Below are positions 16,529 through 26,481 of a stretch of DNA of 32,000 nt, in pieces (positions within the stretch are counted from its first letter, which is position 1; each line of letters begins with the position of its first letter). A model generated the notes under the pieces. The model worked only from the letters and a program-made list of their open reading frames with translations, made no database searches and was not told the DNA's origin. Source of the DNA: Xanthomonas campestris pv. campestris str. ATCC 33913 (GTDB lineage Bacteria; Pseudomonadota; Gammaproteobacteria; Xanthomonadales; Xanthomonadaceae); contig NC_003902.1 of the NCBI RefSeq assembly GCF_000007145.1, forward strand, positions 4,016,497-4,048,496, in the 5' to 3' direction. The position numbers were made by a program, and so were the translations under genes.

Positions 16529-17443
16529 TTATGGTGTAACAGACGCTCTCTGCGTCTGTGCAAACTGCCGGCAGCTGCTGCAAAAACGCGCAAGACTCGG
16601 CGAGAGAAACTTGTCGCGATGCGTGATCAGAAAGAAGCGACGTGACATCGGCGGGAGCACGCCGGTGATGGCCTTCAACGTCCCGGCAGCCAAGGACGCC
16701 TCCACCACCCAACGCGACAGACAACTCACGCCCAGGCCGTGCATCACCATGTGCTTGATCGCTTCGGAGCTGCCGATCTGGCGTGCATCGGCCAACTGAT
16801 GCAGATGCCGCAGCAGTCGTTGCTCCACCTCCTCACGCGTGCCAGAACCCGGTTCGCGCAACAGCCACGCAGCGGCGCGCAGATCCTTGCGGGTGACGTT
16901 TGCCTGCTTTGCCAGCGGGTGCTGGCTGCCAATCACGATCAGCAATTCGTCGGACAACCAGGGCTCGACGTGCAACTCGGGCACGTGGCACGGGCCTTCG
17001 ATCAGCCCCATCTCCAGCTCGAAATTGGCGACCTTCGCAGCGATGGCCGTGCTGTTGCCGGCTTCCATTTCCACGCGCAGATGCGCAGCGGTTGTATGCA
17101 GCTCGCGCAGCACCAGCGGCAGCACATAATTGCCGATGGTGGTGCTGCAGCCCACCTTCAGACGTGTCGACAAACTGGCGCTGCCGGGATGGAAACCGGC
17201 TTCGATCTGCTGCGCGTTGTCGAGCATCCTGCGCGCGTGCGGCAGCAATGCGCGGCCGCTGTCATTCAACAGCAAGCGTTTGCCGACCCGATCGAACAAC
17301 CGGGTACCTAAGCCACTTTCCAGCTCATTGAGCGAGGCGCTGGTGGCCGACTGCGACAACGCCACCTGCGCCGCCGCTGCGGTGGTGGAGCCACACTCGG
17401 CAACCGCACAAAAGATCTGAAGTTGCCGCAGGCTGAGTTTCAT
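16529..17443 (-). CDS. LysR-family transcriptional regulator (304 aa)
   Basis: The N-terminal MKLSLRQLQIFCAVAECGSTTAAAAQVALSQSATSASLNELESGLGTRLFDRVGKRL is a canonical LysR HTH. It is divergent from the TDT transporter gene across an AT-richer 95-bp spacer. Confidence 0.9.
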   Translation of the reverse strand: MKLSLRQLQIFCAVAECGSTTAAAAQVALSQSATSASLNELESGLGTRLFDRVGKRLLLNDSGRALLPHARRMLDNAQQIEAGFHPGSASLSTRLKVGCSTTIGNYVLPLVLRELHTTAAHLRVEMEAGNSTAIAAKVANFELEMGLIEGPCHVPELHVEPWLSDELLIVIGSQHPLAKQANVTRKDLRAAAWLLREPGSGTREEVEQRLLRHLHQLADARQIGSSEAIKHMVMHGLGVSCLSRWVVEASLAAGTLKAITGVLPPMSRRFFLITHRDKFLSPSLARFCSSCRQFAQTQRASVTP

Positions 17444-17538
17444 GGTTAGCGATTTATTGGGTTACATCAACCGATATTACGCGCTTTACTGCTAGATCCA
17501 GCTGCCTAGACTCACTCACTTCTTCAGCCGACACCGCT

Positions 17539-18720
17539 GTGACCCAAATGCGCATGCCCACCTCCCCGACCCGCCCTGCAACCGCCTGGCCGCTGTACGC
17601 GCTGCCCAGTCCGGGCGAAGCGATCCGCCAGTTCACACCAAACTGGTTCGCGGTGACGATGGGCACCGGCATCCTGTCGCTGGTGCTGGGCCAGCTCCCC
17701 TGGCCCGTGCCTGGCGCCGCGTTGCTCGGCGCTGGCCTGTGGCGCTGCAATGTCGGGTTGTTTGTGGTGTTCAGCGCGTTGTATCTCGCTCGCTGGGCGC
17801 TGTACCCGCACGAAGCCCGACGCATCCTGGCTCACCCGACCGCCTCGATGTTTCTGGGCACTATCCCGATGGGCCTGGCGACGCTCATCAACGGCCTGCT
17901 GCTCTATGGCCTGCCGCGCTGGGGCGCTGCCGTCATTCCCGTGGCGACTGCGTTGTGGTGGATGGACGCGGCCATGGCGCTGGCCTGCGGCGTGCTGGTG
18001 CCCTACCTGATGTTTACCCGCCAGCAGCACCGCATGGAACAGATGACCGCACTATGGCTACTGCCAGTGGTGGCTGCGGAAGTCGCCGCGGCCAGTGCTG
18101 GCGCGCTCGCCCCGCATCTGGCCGATGCCGGCAGCCGCTTCGGCATGCTGGTTGCCGGGTACGTGCTGTGGGCGTACTCGGTGCCGGTGGCGCTGGGCAT
18201 CCTGGTGATCCTGTGGCTGCGCATGGCGCTACACCAGTTGCCGCAGGCCAGCATGGCCGCTTCGAGTTGGCTGGCGCTGGGGCCGATCGGCACTGGCGCG
18301 TTGGGCATGCTGGTATTTGCCGGCGACGCGCCGGCACTGTTCGCCGCACATGGCATGGGCACCATCGGCCAGGCCGCGGCGGGATGTGGCCTGATCGCCG
18401 GCCTGTTGCTGTGGGGGCTGGGGCTGTGGTGGCTGGCGCTGGCCATCCTCATCACGGCCCGCTATTTCGCAGACAAAGTGCCGTTCAATCTGGGCTGGTG
18501 GGGATTCACGTTCCCACTCGGGGTTTATGCGTTGGCGACATTGAAGCTCGGCGCCGCGCTGCAAATGCAGGTCTTCGATGTAGTCGGCAGCGTATTGGTC
18601 CTGCTGCTATGCGTGACCTGGACGATCGTGGCGGCACGCACTGCGGCAGGGGCCTATCGCGGCACGCTGTTCGTTGCGCCCTGTCTTGTCGAATCCAGCG
18701 AGCATGCACCTGCACGCTGA
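17539..18720 (+). CDS. TDT-family (TehA/Mae1/SLAC1-like) anion / C4-dicarboxylate transporter (about 390 aa)
   Basis: FTPNWFAVTMGTGILS near the N-terminus and 10 hydrophobic segments are typical of the tellurite-resistance/dicarboxylate transporter family. The start is ambiguous (GTG 17539, ATG 17548 or ATG 17554). Confidence 0.8.
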   Translation: MTQMRMPTSPTRPATAWPLYALPSPGEAIRQFTPNWFAVTMGTGILSLVLGQLPWPVPGAALLGAGLWRCNVGLFVVFSALYLARWALYPHEARRILAHPTASMFLGTIPMGLATLINGLLLYGLPRWGAAVIPVATALWWMDAAMALACGVLVPYLMFTRQQHRMEQMTALWLLPVVAAEVAAASAGALAPHLADAGSRFGMLVAGYVLWAYSVPVALGILVILWLRMALHQLPQASMAASSWLALGPIGTGALGMLVFAGDAPALFAAHGMGTIGQAAAGCGLIAGLLLWGLGLWWLALAILITARYFADKVPFNLGWWGFTFPLGVYALATLKLGAALQMQVFDVVGSVLVLLLCVTWTIVAARTAAGAYRGTLFVAPCLVESSEHAPAR

Positions 18721-18784
18721 AGTACAGGTTGCATGTCTGACAGGTGCGCTTCGCGCTGCCGGATGAGCACGCATGCGCGTTCGG

Positions 18785-19162
18785 CTATTCCGCGGCGTCC
18801 AGATCCGGTAGTGGTGGCGGATCTGATGGGTCATCGAACCAATCGGCATCAGGCGCATCCAATGCATCCGGTGGTGCTAGCGGGACATCCATGTCGTGAT
18901 CCGCCAGGCAGCGCGCGAGCGCTGCCGGATCTACGGGAATGTCTTCCGCGCCATCGTGCAACACGGGTGGCTGGTCCGGTGACTGCAGGCACTTGCGCAG
19001 GATCCCTCGCTCCATTGCAGACGGCGGCGCCCCGCGATGCACATGCACCGGGGGAGTTAGCGGTGGGCTAGGTGGCGCACCGCACAGGCTTGCACAGCCT
19101 CCAAGGCTCAGCAGCGCAAGCATGGCGCTCACGGTAGAAATGGTTGGGCGCGTCTGCCCCAT
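18785..19162 (-). CDS. Putative lipoprotein with a Pro/Asp-rich C-terminal half (125 aa)
   Basis: The internal ATG 19162 gives MGQTRPTISTVSAMLALLSLGG|CASL (lipobox LGGC). Codon third positions are noticeably less G/C-rich than in neighbouring genes, so coding status is less certain. Confidence 0.45.
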   Translation of the reverse strand: MGQTRPTISTVSAMLALLSLGGCASLCGAPPSPPLTPPVHVHRGAPPSAMERGILRKCLQSPDQPPVLHDGAEDIPVDPAALARCLADHDMDVPLAPPDALDAPDADWFDDPSDPPPLPDLDAAE

Positions 19163-19464
19163 GTTTTGATCTCGCTTGTGTACGGCACACGCAGCGCGCG
19201 GCGTGTGGCGGAGCGATGCGTGCTCCGTTACCAGGAGATCCTTGCAGGCACGTTTTGCACAGCTGTGTTGTGCGCTGGCGCCGCATGGCATGCCGTGCCG
19301 GGCGCATACAAACGTGAGGAAACAAGCGAAACGACGACAAACAGGCTTCGTGCACCAGCATTGCGCCAGCGCGATCCAACGCCTGGCTAGAGCAGGCCCG
19401 CGCGCGCGATCACACAGCGTGTATCAGCACCGCGCGACAAACCGTACGATCAGCGCATCACCAA

Positions 19465-20562
19465 TCAGCTCTTCGCGGCCACCGGCACCACGTCGGCCAC
19501 TGCCTCGGTCGGCATCGCCACCGCGGCCATGACCGCAGCGCGGAAGCGCCCCGCAAAAACCGCGTCGTTGGCCAGATAGCACGCCCGCGCAGCGGCCGAG
19601 AGGCGCTCCAGCTCTGCGGGCGGCAGCGCCAGCGCGGCTTGCACTGCCTGCGCAATGCCTGCCGCATCCACATAGTGATAGCTCGCCAGCCGACGCTGGC
19701 GCACTGTCGCCACCGGAATCAGCAGGCCGTGCTCGGGGCGGACCAATTCGTTCATCGGCTCGCCATCGGTGGCCAGGGTGATCGCACCCACGCTCAAGGC
19801 CTCCATCAGGTAATGCCCGAAGCCTTCTGCCTCCGATGGACAGATATGGAACTGGTGGGCGTTCTGCAGGCGGCGCAGCGCGGCATCGTCGAGATACCCG
19901 ACGCGGTGATCGATGTTGGCCGCCACCACTTGCTTGCCCGCGGTGCGCGGGTTCTGCACCACCGTCAGCAGCGGCCATTCGGGATGCTGCTGCCAGGTTT
20001 CCAGCAACACGCGGGTGCCCTTGGCGGTGCTACGCCCGGCCAGGTGGAAGAAGGCACGCTGACGGAACACCTCCGGATCGTGGCGATCGGGGCTGGTGAA
20101 GCCGATGTACTGCGTGCGGCAGCCCAACTCGCGGAAGATCCGCTCGGCATGGTGGGTCTTGCACAACACCGCGGTGAACCGCGGCAGCAATGGCAACCAC
20201 TTGGGCAGCAGCCATTCCGGGTTGGGAACCAGCAGATTGGCGTGCCCCAACGGCAGGCAGCGCGCATACACGCGCTCGGAAAAGATCTGTACCGGCACCT
20301 TGCCCAACAGCGCGCGCCGTCCCCACAGGCGCAACTCACGCCCGGTGTCGTGCAGGCGCTGGCTGGTGAACCCCACTTCCTGCACCTGCGCCCCGCCGGC
20401 ACGCAGCGTCTGTGCCATCAACACCATGTCGCGGGTCAGGCCCACGCCATTGTCACGGCTGATCACCCGCATCATCGGCAACACCACGTCATGCACCTGC
20501 TCGACCTTGTCGGCGGGCAGTGTCGGTGCAGCGGATTTTGGTGGGATGTCCCGGTCTGTCAT
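19465..20562 (-). CDS. GT-B fold glycosyltransferase, group 1-like (365 aa)
   Basis: C-terminal domain with the EX7E-type motif (PSEAEGFGHYLMEAL) and the overall layout of Glycos_transf_1 enzymes. High GC3. No neighbouring polysaccharide genes. Confidence 0.75.
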   Translation of the reverse strand: MTDRDIPPKSAAPTLPADKVEQVHDVVLPMMRVISRDNGVGLTRDMVLMAQTLRAGGAQVQEVGFTSQRLHDTGRELRLWGRRALLGKVPVQIFSERVYARCLPLGHANLLVPNPEWLLPKWLPLLPRFTAVLCKTHHAERIFRELGCRTQYIGFTSPDRHDPEVFRQRAFFHLAGRSTAKGTRVLLETWQQHPEWPLLTVVQNPRTAGKQVVAANIDHRVGYLDDAALRRLQNAHQFHICPSEAEGFGHYLMEALSVGAITLATDGEPMNELVRPEHGLLIPVATVRQRRLASYHYVDAAGIAQAVQAALALPPAELERLSAAARACYLANDAVFAGRFRAAVMAAVAMPTEAVADVVPVAAKS

Positions 20563-20688
20563 GCTGCGTCACACGTGTGCCAATGGTTGACAAATTCGAT
20601 CATTATGATGCGTGCTCCCGTCCTGCACCTTGCGAGCACCATGTTTCCGGTAGCCACCCCGCGCAGCCCGACCGTTGCGCCTCCGACG

Positions 20689-21417
20689 ATGACCTCCATG
20701 GACATGCAACAACCCTGCGTTCTTGTGGTCGACGACGACCCCGACCTGCGCAAGCTGATCGGCGAGTTCCTGAGCGCCCATGGCTACCAGGTGGATGTGG
20801 CCGAGAATGTCGCCGAAATGCGCAAGCGCATCACACAACGGCGTCCGGACCTCATCGTACTCGACGTGATGATGCCGGGAGAAGACGGGCTGAGTGCGGC
20901 GCGTTCGCTGGCCAGCGAACGCGGCTCGCCTGCGGTGATCATGCTGAGCGCGCTGGGCAATGATACAGACCGCATCATCGGGCTGGAGGTTGGCGCCGAC
21001 GATTACCTGGCCAAACCCTGCAACCCGCGCGAGCTGCTGGCGCGGGTGCGCGCCCTGCTGCGCCGCAGCCAGGTCACCAGCGACCAGGCCGAGCCGCGCG
21101 GCAATGTCTACGAGTTCGCCGGTTGGCGGCTGGACGTGGTGCGGCGCGACCTGCGCGACCCCACCGGTATCTTCATCAACCTCTCCGACGGCGAATTCGC
21201 CCTGCTGCGCACCTTCGTGGAGCATCCGCAACGCGTGCTGAGCCGCGACCAACTGCTCGACTACGCGCGCGGCCGCGATACCGACGTCTATGACCGCGCC
21301 ATCGACAGCCAGATCAGCCGGCTGCGCCGCAAGATCAACGAACGCGTGCACACCGAGCTGATTCGCACCGTGCGCAACGAGGGCTACATGCTGCTGCCGA
21401 GCGTCGCGCGTCTGTGA
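20689..21417 (+). CDS. OmpR-family response regulator (about 242 aa), OmpR-like
   Basis: Receiver domain (VLVVDDDPDLR...DLIVLDVMMPGEDG...GADDYLAKPCNPRELLARVRALLRR) plus a winged-helix domain (LSDGEFALLRTFVEHPQRVLSRDQLL...IDSQISRLRRKI), closely colinear with E. coli OmpR. The start could be ATG 20689, 20698 or 20704. The rest of track ORF 19639..21417 is an upstream shadow. Confidence 0.9.
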   Translation: MTSMDMQQPCVLVVDDDPDLRKLIGEFLSAHGYQVDVAENVAEMRKRITQRRPDLIVLDVMMPGEDGLSAARSLASERGSPAVIMLSALGNDTDRIIGLEVGADDYLAKPCNPRELLARVRALLRRSQVTSDQAEPRGNVYEFAGWRLDVVRRDLRDPTGIFINLSDGEFALLRTFVEHPQRVLSRDQLLDYARGRDTDVYDRAIDSQISRLRRKINERVHTELIRTVRNEGYMLLPSVARL

Positions 21418-22910
21418 GTGAACCGGCACGCCGCGGGCTGTCGATCTTTGCCCGCACCTTCGTCCTGCTGGCGGTGGCCCTGGTCACCGCACAGGCGGTC
21501 GGCATCGCCCTGCTGGTGATGCGCACCCCCGTCTATGAGCCGCCGGTGCATCCGCCGGAGGTCGTGGCCCTGCTGTCCACCCGCATGCCGGCCGGCACCC
21601 AGACGCTCAAGGTGCACGAGGCCCGCCAGGCGCCCACGCCACCGCCTGGCCAGGTCCGCGACGGCTTCGCCGAAATGCTTCTGGCGCATTGGCTGGATGT
21701 GGACAGCGCGCGCGTGCGCTTCTATCGCAGTGCCGATGACGGCGAGGCGCCACGGCTCCTGCCGAGCGAGGGCACATCGAACCGGACATCGGCCCAGACC
21801 AGCGCGGCTAGCGCGGGCAGCGAGCAACTCCCAGCCGGGGCACCGCCATTCGGCAAGGACTGGCCACGCCCCAGCCCCGAGGGCGCGCCCTTCGGCAACG
21901 GGCTGCGACCTGACGACCCGCGCGGTGATTGGGAAAGCGAACGCCTGACCCCGGGCGTGCCGCTGCTGGACGGCTTCACCGCCGCGCTGCAACAGCCCGA
22001 CGGCCGCTGGCGCACCGTGGAATCGCCGCGGCGTCGCCTCTCGGCCGAGTTCAAGACCCACGTGGTGCTGCTGTTCCTGGCCGGCCTGCTGGCCAACGTG
22101 CCGCTGGCGTGGTGGTTCTCGCGTGCGCTGTCGGCGCCGATCAAGCGCTTTGCCGAAGCCGCCGACCGCCTGGGCCGCAATCCCGACGCGGCGGCCCTGC
22201 AACGTAGCGGCCCGCCGGAGATCGTGCGCGCGGCCGATTCGTTCAACGCCATGCAGGCACGCCTGAACCGGCTGATCAACGAGCGCACCCACATGGTGGC
22301 GGCGATCGCGCACGACCTGCGCACCCCGCTGGCGCGGCTGTCGTTCCGCCTGGACGACCTGCAAGCGCCGCTGCGCGACAAGGCGCTGGCTGACATCGAC
22401 GAGATGAAGGCGATGATTTCTGCGGCGCTGGATTTCATCCAGAACGACCGCCATCGCGGCGAGCGCGCCCCGCTGGACCTGCGCCTGCTGGTGGAGAGCG
22501 TGGTCGACAATACGGTGGACACCGGCGCCGATGCCGAACTGCTGCCAGGCCCGGCGATCACCCTGGACGGCGACCCGCTGGCGTTGCGGCGCGCGGTGAT
22601 GAATCTGCTGGAAAACGCGCTGAAATACGGCCGGCGCGCGCGCCTGCGGCTGCATCGCGAAGGCGAGGACGGCGTGCTGTGGATCGACGACGACGGCCCG
22701 GGCATCGACCCCAGCCAGCGTGAACAACTGCTGCTGCCGTTCGTGCGCGGCGAATCCTCGCGCAACCGCGACACCGGCGGAATCGGGCTGGGGCTGTCGG
22801 TGGCGCACAGCATCGTGCTGGCGCATGGCGGCGCACTGCGGCTGGACAATCGCGACGGTGGCGGGCTGCGGGTGACCGTGCGCCTGCCGTGCATGCCGGA
22901 ACGGCGCTGA
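21414..22910 (+). CDS. EnvZ-like sensor histidine kinase (498 aa)
   Basis: Two transmembrane segments, HAMP, the HisKA H-box MVAAIAHDLRTPLARL, and N/G boxes (NLLENALKYG, DDDGPGI, GGIGLGLSVA). The GTG start overlaps the regulator's stop (GTGA). Confidence 0.9.
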   Translation: MSEPARRGLSIFARTFVLLAVALVTAQAVGIALLVMRTPVYEPPVHPPEVVALLSTRMPAGTQTLKVHEARQAPTPPPGQVRDGFAEMLLAHWLDVDSARVRFYRSADDGEAPRLLPSEGTSNRTSAQTSAASAGSEQLPAGAPPFGKDWPRPSPEGAPFGNGLRPDDPRGDWESERLTPGVPLLDGFTAALQQPDGRWRTVESPRRRLSAEFKTHVVLLFLAGLLANVPLAWWFSRALSAPIKRFAEAADRLGRNPDAAALQRSGPPEIVRAADSFNAMQARLNRLINERTHMVAAIAHDLRTPLARLSFRLDDLQAPLRDKALADIDEMKAMISAALDFIQNDRHRGERAPLDLRLLVESVVDNTVDTGADAELLPGPAITLDGDPLALRRAVMNLLENALKYGRRARLRLHREGEDGVLWIDDDGPGIDPSQREQLLLPFVRGESSRNRDTGGIGLGLSVAHSIVLAHGGALRLDNRDGGGLRVTVRLPCMPERR

Positions 22911-22949
22911 CGGTGACGCAGGCAGGCCTGCGCCGCACGGCTCACTGAC

Positions 22950-24320
22950 TCAGTACGCGAACTCGCGGAACACCGGGTCGATATCACCCTTCCAGGCACC
23001 GTGATACAGCGCCAGCTTGCGCTCTGCAGCAGTGACGCCGGTTTCGGCAATCTCGGCGATCACATCGAGAAAGCCGGTCTCGTCCTGGCCATCGCGGTTC
23101 AGGCGGGCACGTCGGCGCAGGCCTTCGCGGGCGATGTTGACCGCCTCCAGCGCCAGATCGCGCACCACGCCGTTGCGGAACGGCAGGCCCAGCGCCTGCT
23201 TGGGGACGCCGTCGCGCAATGCGTGGCGCTCGGCCAGCGTGAAGTCCTTGACCAGGTCCCAGGCCGCATCCAGCGCAGTCTGGTCGTACAGCAGCCCCAC
23301 CCAGAACGCAGGCAGCGCGCACAGGCGATTCCACGGCCCGGCGTCGGCGCCGCGCATTTCCAGGTACTTCTTCAAGCGCACTTCGGGAAACGCGGTGGTC
23401 ATGTGGTCGGACCAATCGCGCAGCGTCGGCAGTGCGCCCGGCAGCACCGGCAGCTTGCCCTGCATGAAATCGCGGAAGCTCTGCCCGCTGGCATCGTGGT
23501 AGACGCCATCGCGGTAGGAGAAATACATCGGCACATCGAGCAGGTAATCCACGTAACGCTCGTAGCCGAACCCGTCGTCGAACACGAAATCCAGCATGCC
23601 GGTGCGATCGGCATCGGTGTCGGTCCAGATGTGCGAGCGGTAGCTGAGGTAGCCGTTCGGCTTGCCTTCGGTGAACGGCGAATCGGCGAACAGCGCAGTG
23701 GCGATCGGCTGCAGCGCCAGCGAGACGCGGAACTTTTTCACCATGTCCGCTTCGGTGGCGTAATCCAGGTTGACCTGCACCGTGCAGGTGCGCGTCATCA
23801 TGTCCAGGCCGAGCGAGCCGACCTTGGGCATGTAGCTTTTCATGATCTGGTAGCGGCCCTTGGGCATCCACGGCATCTCGTCGCGGCGCCACTTGGGCTG
23901 GAAGCCCATGCCCAGGAAGCCCAGCTGCAGCTCGCCGGCCACTTCGGCCACTTCGCTCAGGTGGGTGCCGGTTTCCACGCAGGTGTGGTGCAGCGTTTCC
24001 ACCGCCGCGCCGGACAACTCGAACTGCCCGGCCGGTTCCAGCGTGACCGAGGCGCCATCGCGCAGCAGCGCAATGGTGCGGCCGTTTTCCTGCACCTGCT
24101 CCCAGCCGAAGCGGGTCATGCCGACCAGCAACGCCTCGATGCCGCGCTCGCCATCGAAGGTGGGCGGGCGCAGGTCATCCAGCCGGAAGCCGAACTTCTC
24201 GTGTTCGGTACCGATCCGCCAATCCGCACCGGGCTTCTCGCCGGAGGCGAGCACCTGGATCAGCTCTGCGCGTTCGGTGATCGGCGTTTCGGCAACGTGG
24301 CTGGGACTCGACAAGGGCAC
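22950..24320 (-). CDS. gshA: Glutamate-cysteine ligase, plant/proteobacterial GCS2 type (about 454-456 aa)
   Basis: Strong GCS2 pattern: [18 protein letters not shown]-like [33 protein letters not shown] and [14 protein letters not shown]. The family length fits a start at GTG 24320 or TTG 24314. The track's upstream extension to 24587 looks non-coding. Confidence 0.85.
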   Translation of the reverse strand: MPLSSPSHVAETPITERAELIQVLASGEKPGADWRIGTEHEKFGFRLDDLRPPTFDGERGIEALLVGMTRFGWEQVQENGRTIALLRDGASVTLEPAGQFELSGAAVETLHHTCVETGTHLSEVAEVAGELQLGFLGMGFQPKWRRDEMPWMPKGRYQIMKSYMPKVGSLGLDMMTRTCTVQVNLDYATEADMVKKFRVSLALQPIATALFADSPFTEGKPNGYLSYRSHIWTDTDADRTGMLDFVFDDGFGYERYVDYLLDVPMYFSYRDGVYHDASGQSFRDFMQGKLPVLPGALPTLRDWSDHMTTAFPEVRLKKYLEMRGADAGPWNRLCALPAFWVGLLYDQTALDAAWDLVKDFTLAERHALRDGVPKQALGLPFRNGVVRDLALEAVNIAREGLRRRARLNRDGQDETGFLDVIAEIAETGVTAAERKLALYHGAWKGDIDPVFREFAY

Positions 24321-24782
24321 GCTCGCAGGCGAAAGGGGGTGGGACGATGTGGGGATCGCCCCCTGCCACCGCAAGGCCCGCACTATAACCGCAGGGCGTG
24401 CCCGGATTGGCGACATGGACGGGGCATGAGATTTCCACTCACAGGCGCTCGGCGCTGCGGTGGAGGATGGGCACGGGAGGCCGGTGGCGCAGAAGGGCTG
24501 TTTGAGGGCCGGCCGATGTCGTCCGCTGCCGAGACAGCAGCCGCTGAACGCGTTGACTTGCGCATTGCAGGAGGGCAGGCCGGGCATCCGTGGCGGTTCG
24601 TTTCAACCGCTGAGCACGTCCACCGAAGCCAAGCGCCGCGTATGCGCGCATTGCATGTGCTGCACCTGCGCAAAACGCTGGCGCCGCACCACCTTCAAGC
24701 AACCGCACCAACCAGCAACTGCGCACAGACCACCAGGGCAGGCCAGCCGATCACCGCACTGCCGATGAGCCTGGCAATCCAG

Positions 24783-24803
24783 ACGCGCAGCCACGCTGCG
24801 CGT
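24783..24803 (-). terminator. Hairpin 7 nt after the engB stop
   Basis: acgcgcagc-cac-gctgcgcgt: a 9-bp stem and 3-nt loop, with no U-tract. Confidence 0.35.
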
Positions 24804-24809
24804 AGGGGG

Positions 24810-25433
<624 letters not shown>

Positions 25434-25579
25434 CCCCCTAGGATCGCACGTTCGGCGCCCCAGGCGATTTTGCTGCACTGTTCGTTGACCCTGGCGCGAA
25501 GGCGTGTCGATAATCGGGGACGCCTGCCACAGCCAGCAACTTCACGCGCGCGGGCCGGGTCCATACGGAGCTTTAGCTG

Positions 25580-26377
25580 ATGCGCCATGCTCGTGTGCTT
25601 GTCCTTGCCGCCATTGCCGTGCCGGTCGTTGCCGCGGTGGCGTTTGCCCAGTCGGCGGTCACGTCGATCCCCGATCCGCCGCCCATCCGCGTTGCGCCGC
25701 TGGAGGTCGACCTGTCCAAGACCACCTGGGGCGATGCCAAGGCCGGCCAGGCCAAGGCCGCTGCCTGCGCGGCCTGTCACGGGCCGGACGGCAACCCGGC
25801 GGTGCCGATGTATCCGCGCATCGCCGGCCAGACCGAGCGCTACGTGGCGCACCAGGTGGCGCTGATCGCCAGCGGTGAGCGCAATACCGGCATGTCGGCG
25901 GTGATGGTGCCCTTCGTCAAGGACCTCACCGCGCAGGACATGCGCGATCTGGGCGCCTACTTCGCCACGCAGAAATCCGCCGCCGGCGTCGCCGACGATG
26001 CGGTGATCAGCGAGGGCCCCTACCAGGGCATGAAGTTCTACGAGGCCGGCGAGAAGCTCTACCGCGGCGGCGACATCGCCCGCGGCGTGCCGGCCTGCAT
26101 GGCCTGCCATGGGCCCTCCGGCAGCGGCAACCCGGGGCCGGCCTACCCGCGCCTGGGCGGCCAGCACGCCGAGTACGTGGCGCGCCGCCTCAAGGAATAC
26201 CAGGCCGGCACGACCCAGGAGCGCAATCCGGCGCTGTTCAATATCATGGCGCAGGTGGCCAAGCCGCTGAGCGAGCAGGAGATCCAGGCGCTGGCCAGCT
26301 ATCTGCAAGGCCTGCACGACCGCGCCGACGATGCCGCGGCCGCGCAACTGCCCGCCGGGACGCCCGCACGCTCATGA
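25580..26377 (+). CDS. Dihaem cytochrome c4-type protein (265 aa), periplasmic
   Basis: Signal peptide ...AAVAFA|QS. Two CxxCH haem motifs (CAACH, CMACH), each followed by a P(R/L)(I/L)(A/G)GQ segment and a distal Met region. Divergent from engB, as in other gammaproteobacteria. Confidence 0.85.
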   Translation: MRHARVLVLAAIAVPVVAAVAFAQSAVTSIPDPPPIRVAPLEVDLSKTTWGDAKAGQAKAAACAACHGPDGNPAVPMYPRIAGQTERYVAHQVALIASGERNTGMSAVMVPFVKDLTAQDMRDLGAYFATQKSAAGVADDAVISEGPYQGMKFYEAGEKLYRGGDIARGVPACMACHGPSGSGNPGPAYPRLGGQHAEYVARRLKEYQAGTTQERNPALFNIMAQVAKPLSEQEIQALASYLQGLHDRADDAAAAQLPAGTPARS

Positions 26378-26408
26378 GGTGAGTGCCGCGGCGGTCCACC
26401 CGCTTCGC

Positions 26409-26440
26409 AACGCCGGTCTTCGGGCCGGCGTTGTCGTTTC
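26409..26440 (+). terminator. Hairpin with a UUCG tetraloop plus a U-rich tail between cytochrome c4 and dsbA
   Basis: aacgccggtc-ttcg-ggccggcgtt: a 10-bp stem including one G-U pair, followed by gtcgtttc. It starts 32 nt after the cytochrome stop. Confidence 0.5.
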
Positions 26441-26481
26441 ACCGCGTCGTATCACCGCAATCCATCCCCCTCGGAGCCCGC

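Noticed and set aside
20570-20579. Perfect 10-bp palindrome CACACGTGTG, 8 nt upstream of the glycosyltransferase start
   Set aside because: Roughly 30 perfect 10-bp palindromes are expected by chance in 32 kb (positions x 4^-5). OmpR-family regulators bind direct repeats rather than palindromes. There is no supporting evidence.
20587-20592. Consensus -35 hexamer TTGACA in the GT / response-regulator intergenic region
   Set aside because: No -10-like hexamer lies at 16-18-nt spacing on that strand. TATGAT is only 11 nt away. I cannot call a promoter from this alone.
19639-20688. N-terminal 350 aa of the 592-aa track ORF that ends as the response regulator
   Set aside because: Only the last 240 or so residues are OmpR-like. 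The upstream part is antisense to the glycosyltransferase gene and crosses the divergent intergenic region, so it is a read-through shadow.
24690-24800. Hydrophobic mini-ORF on the minus strand (…IGSAVIGWPALVVCAQLLVGAVA*) downstream of engB
   Set aside because: The only in-frame start is a GTG giving 19 aa, with no ribosome-binding site. It overlaps the engB terminator hairpin and is most likely fortuitous.
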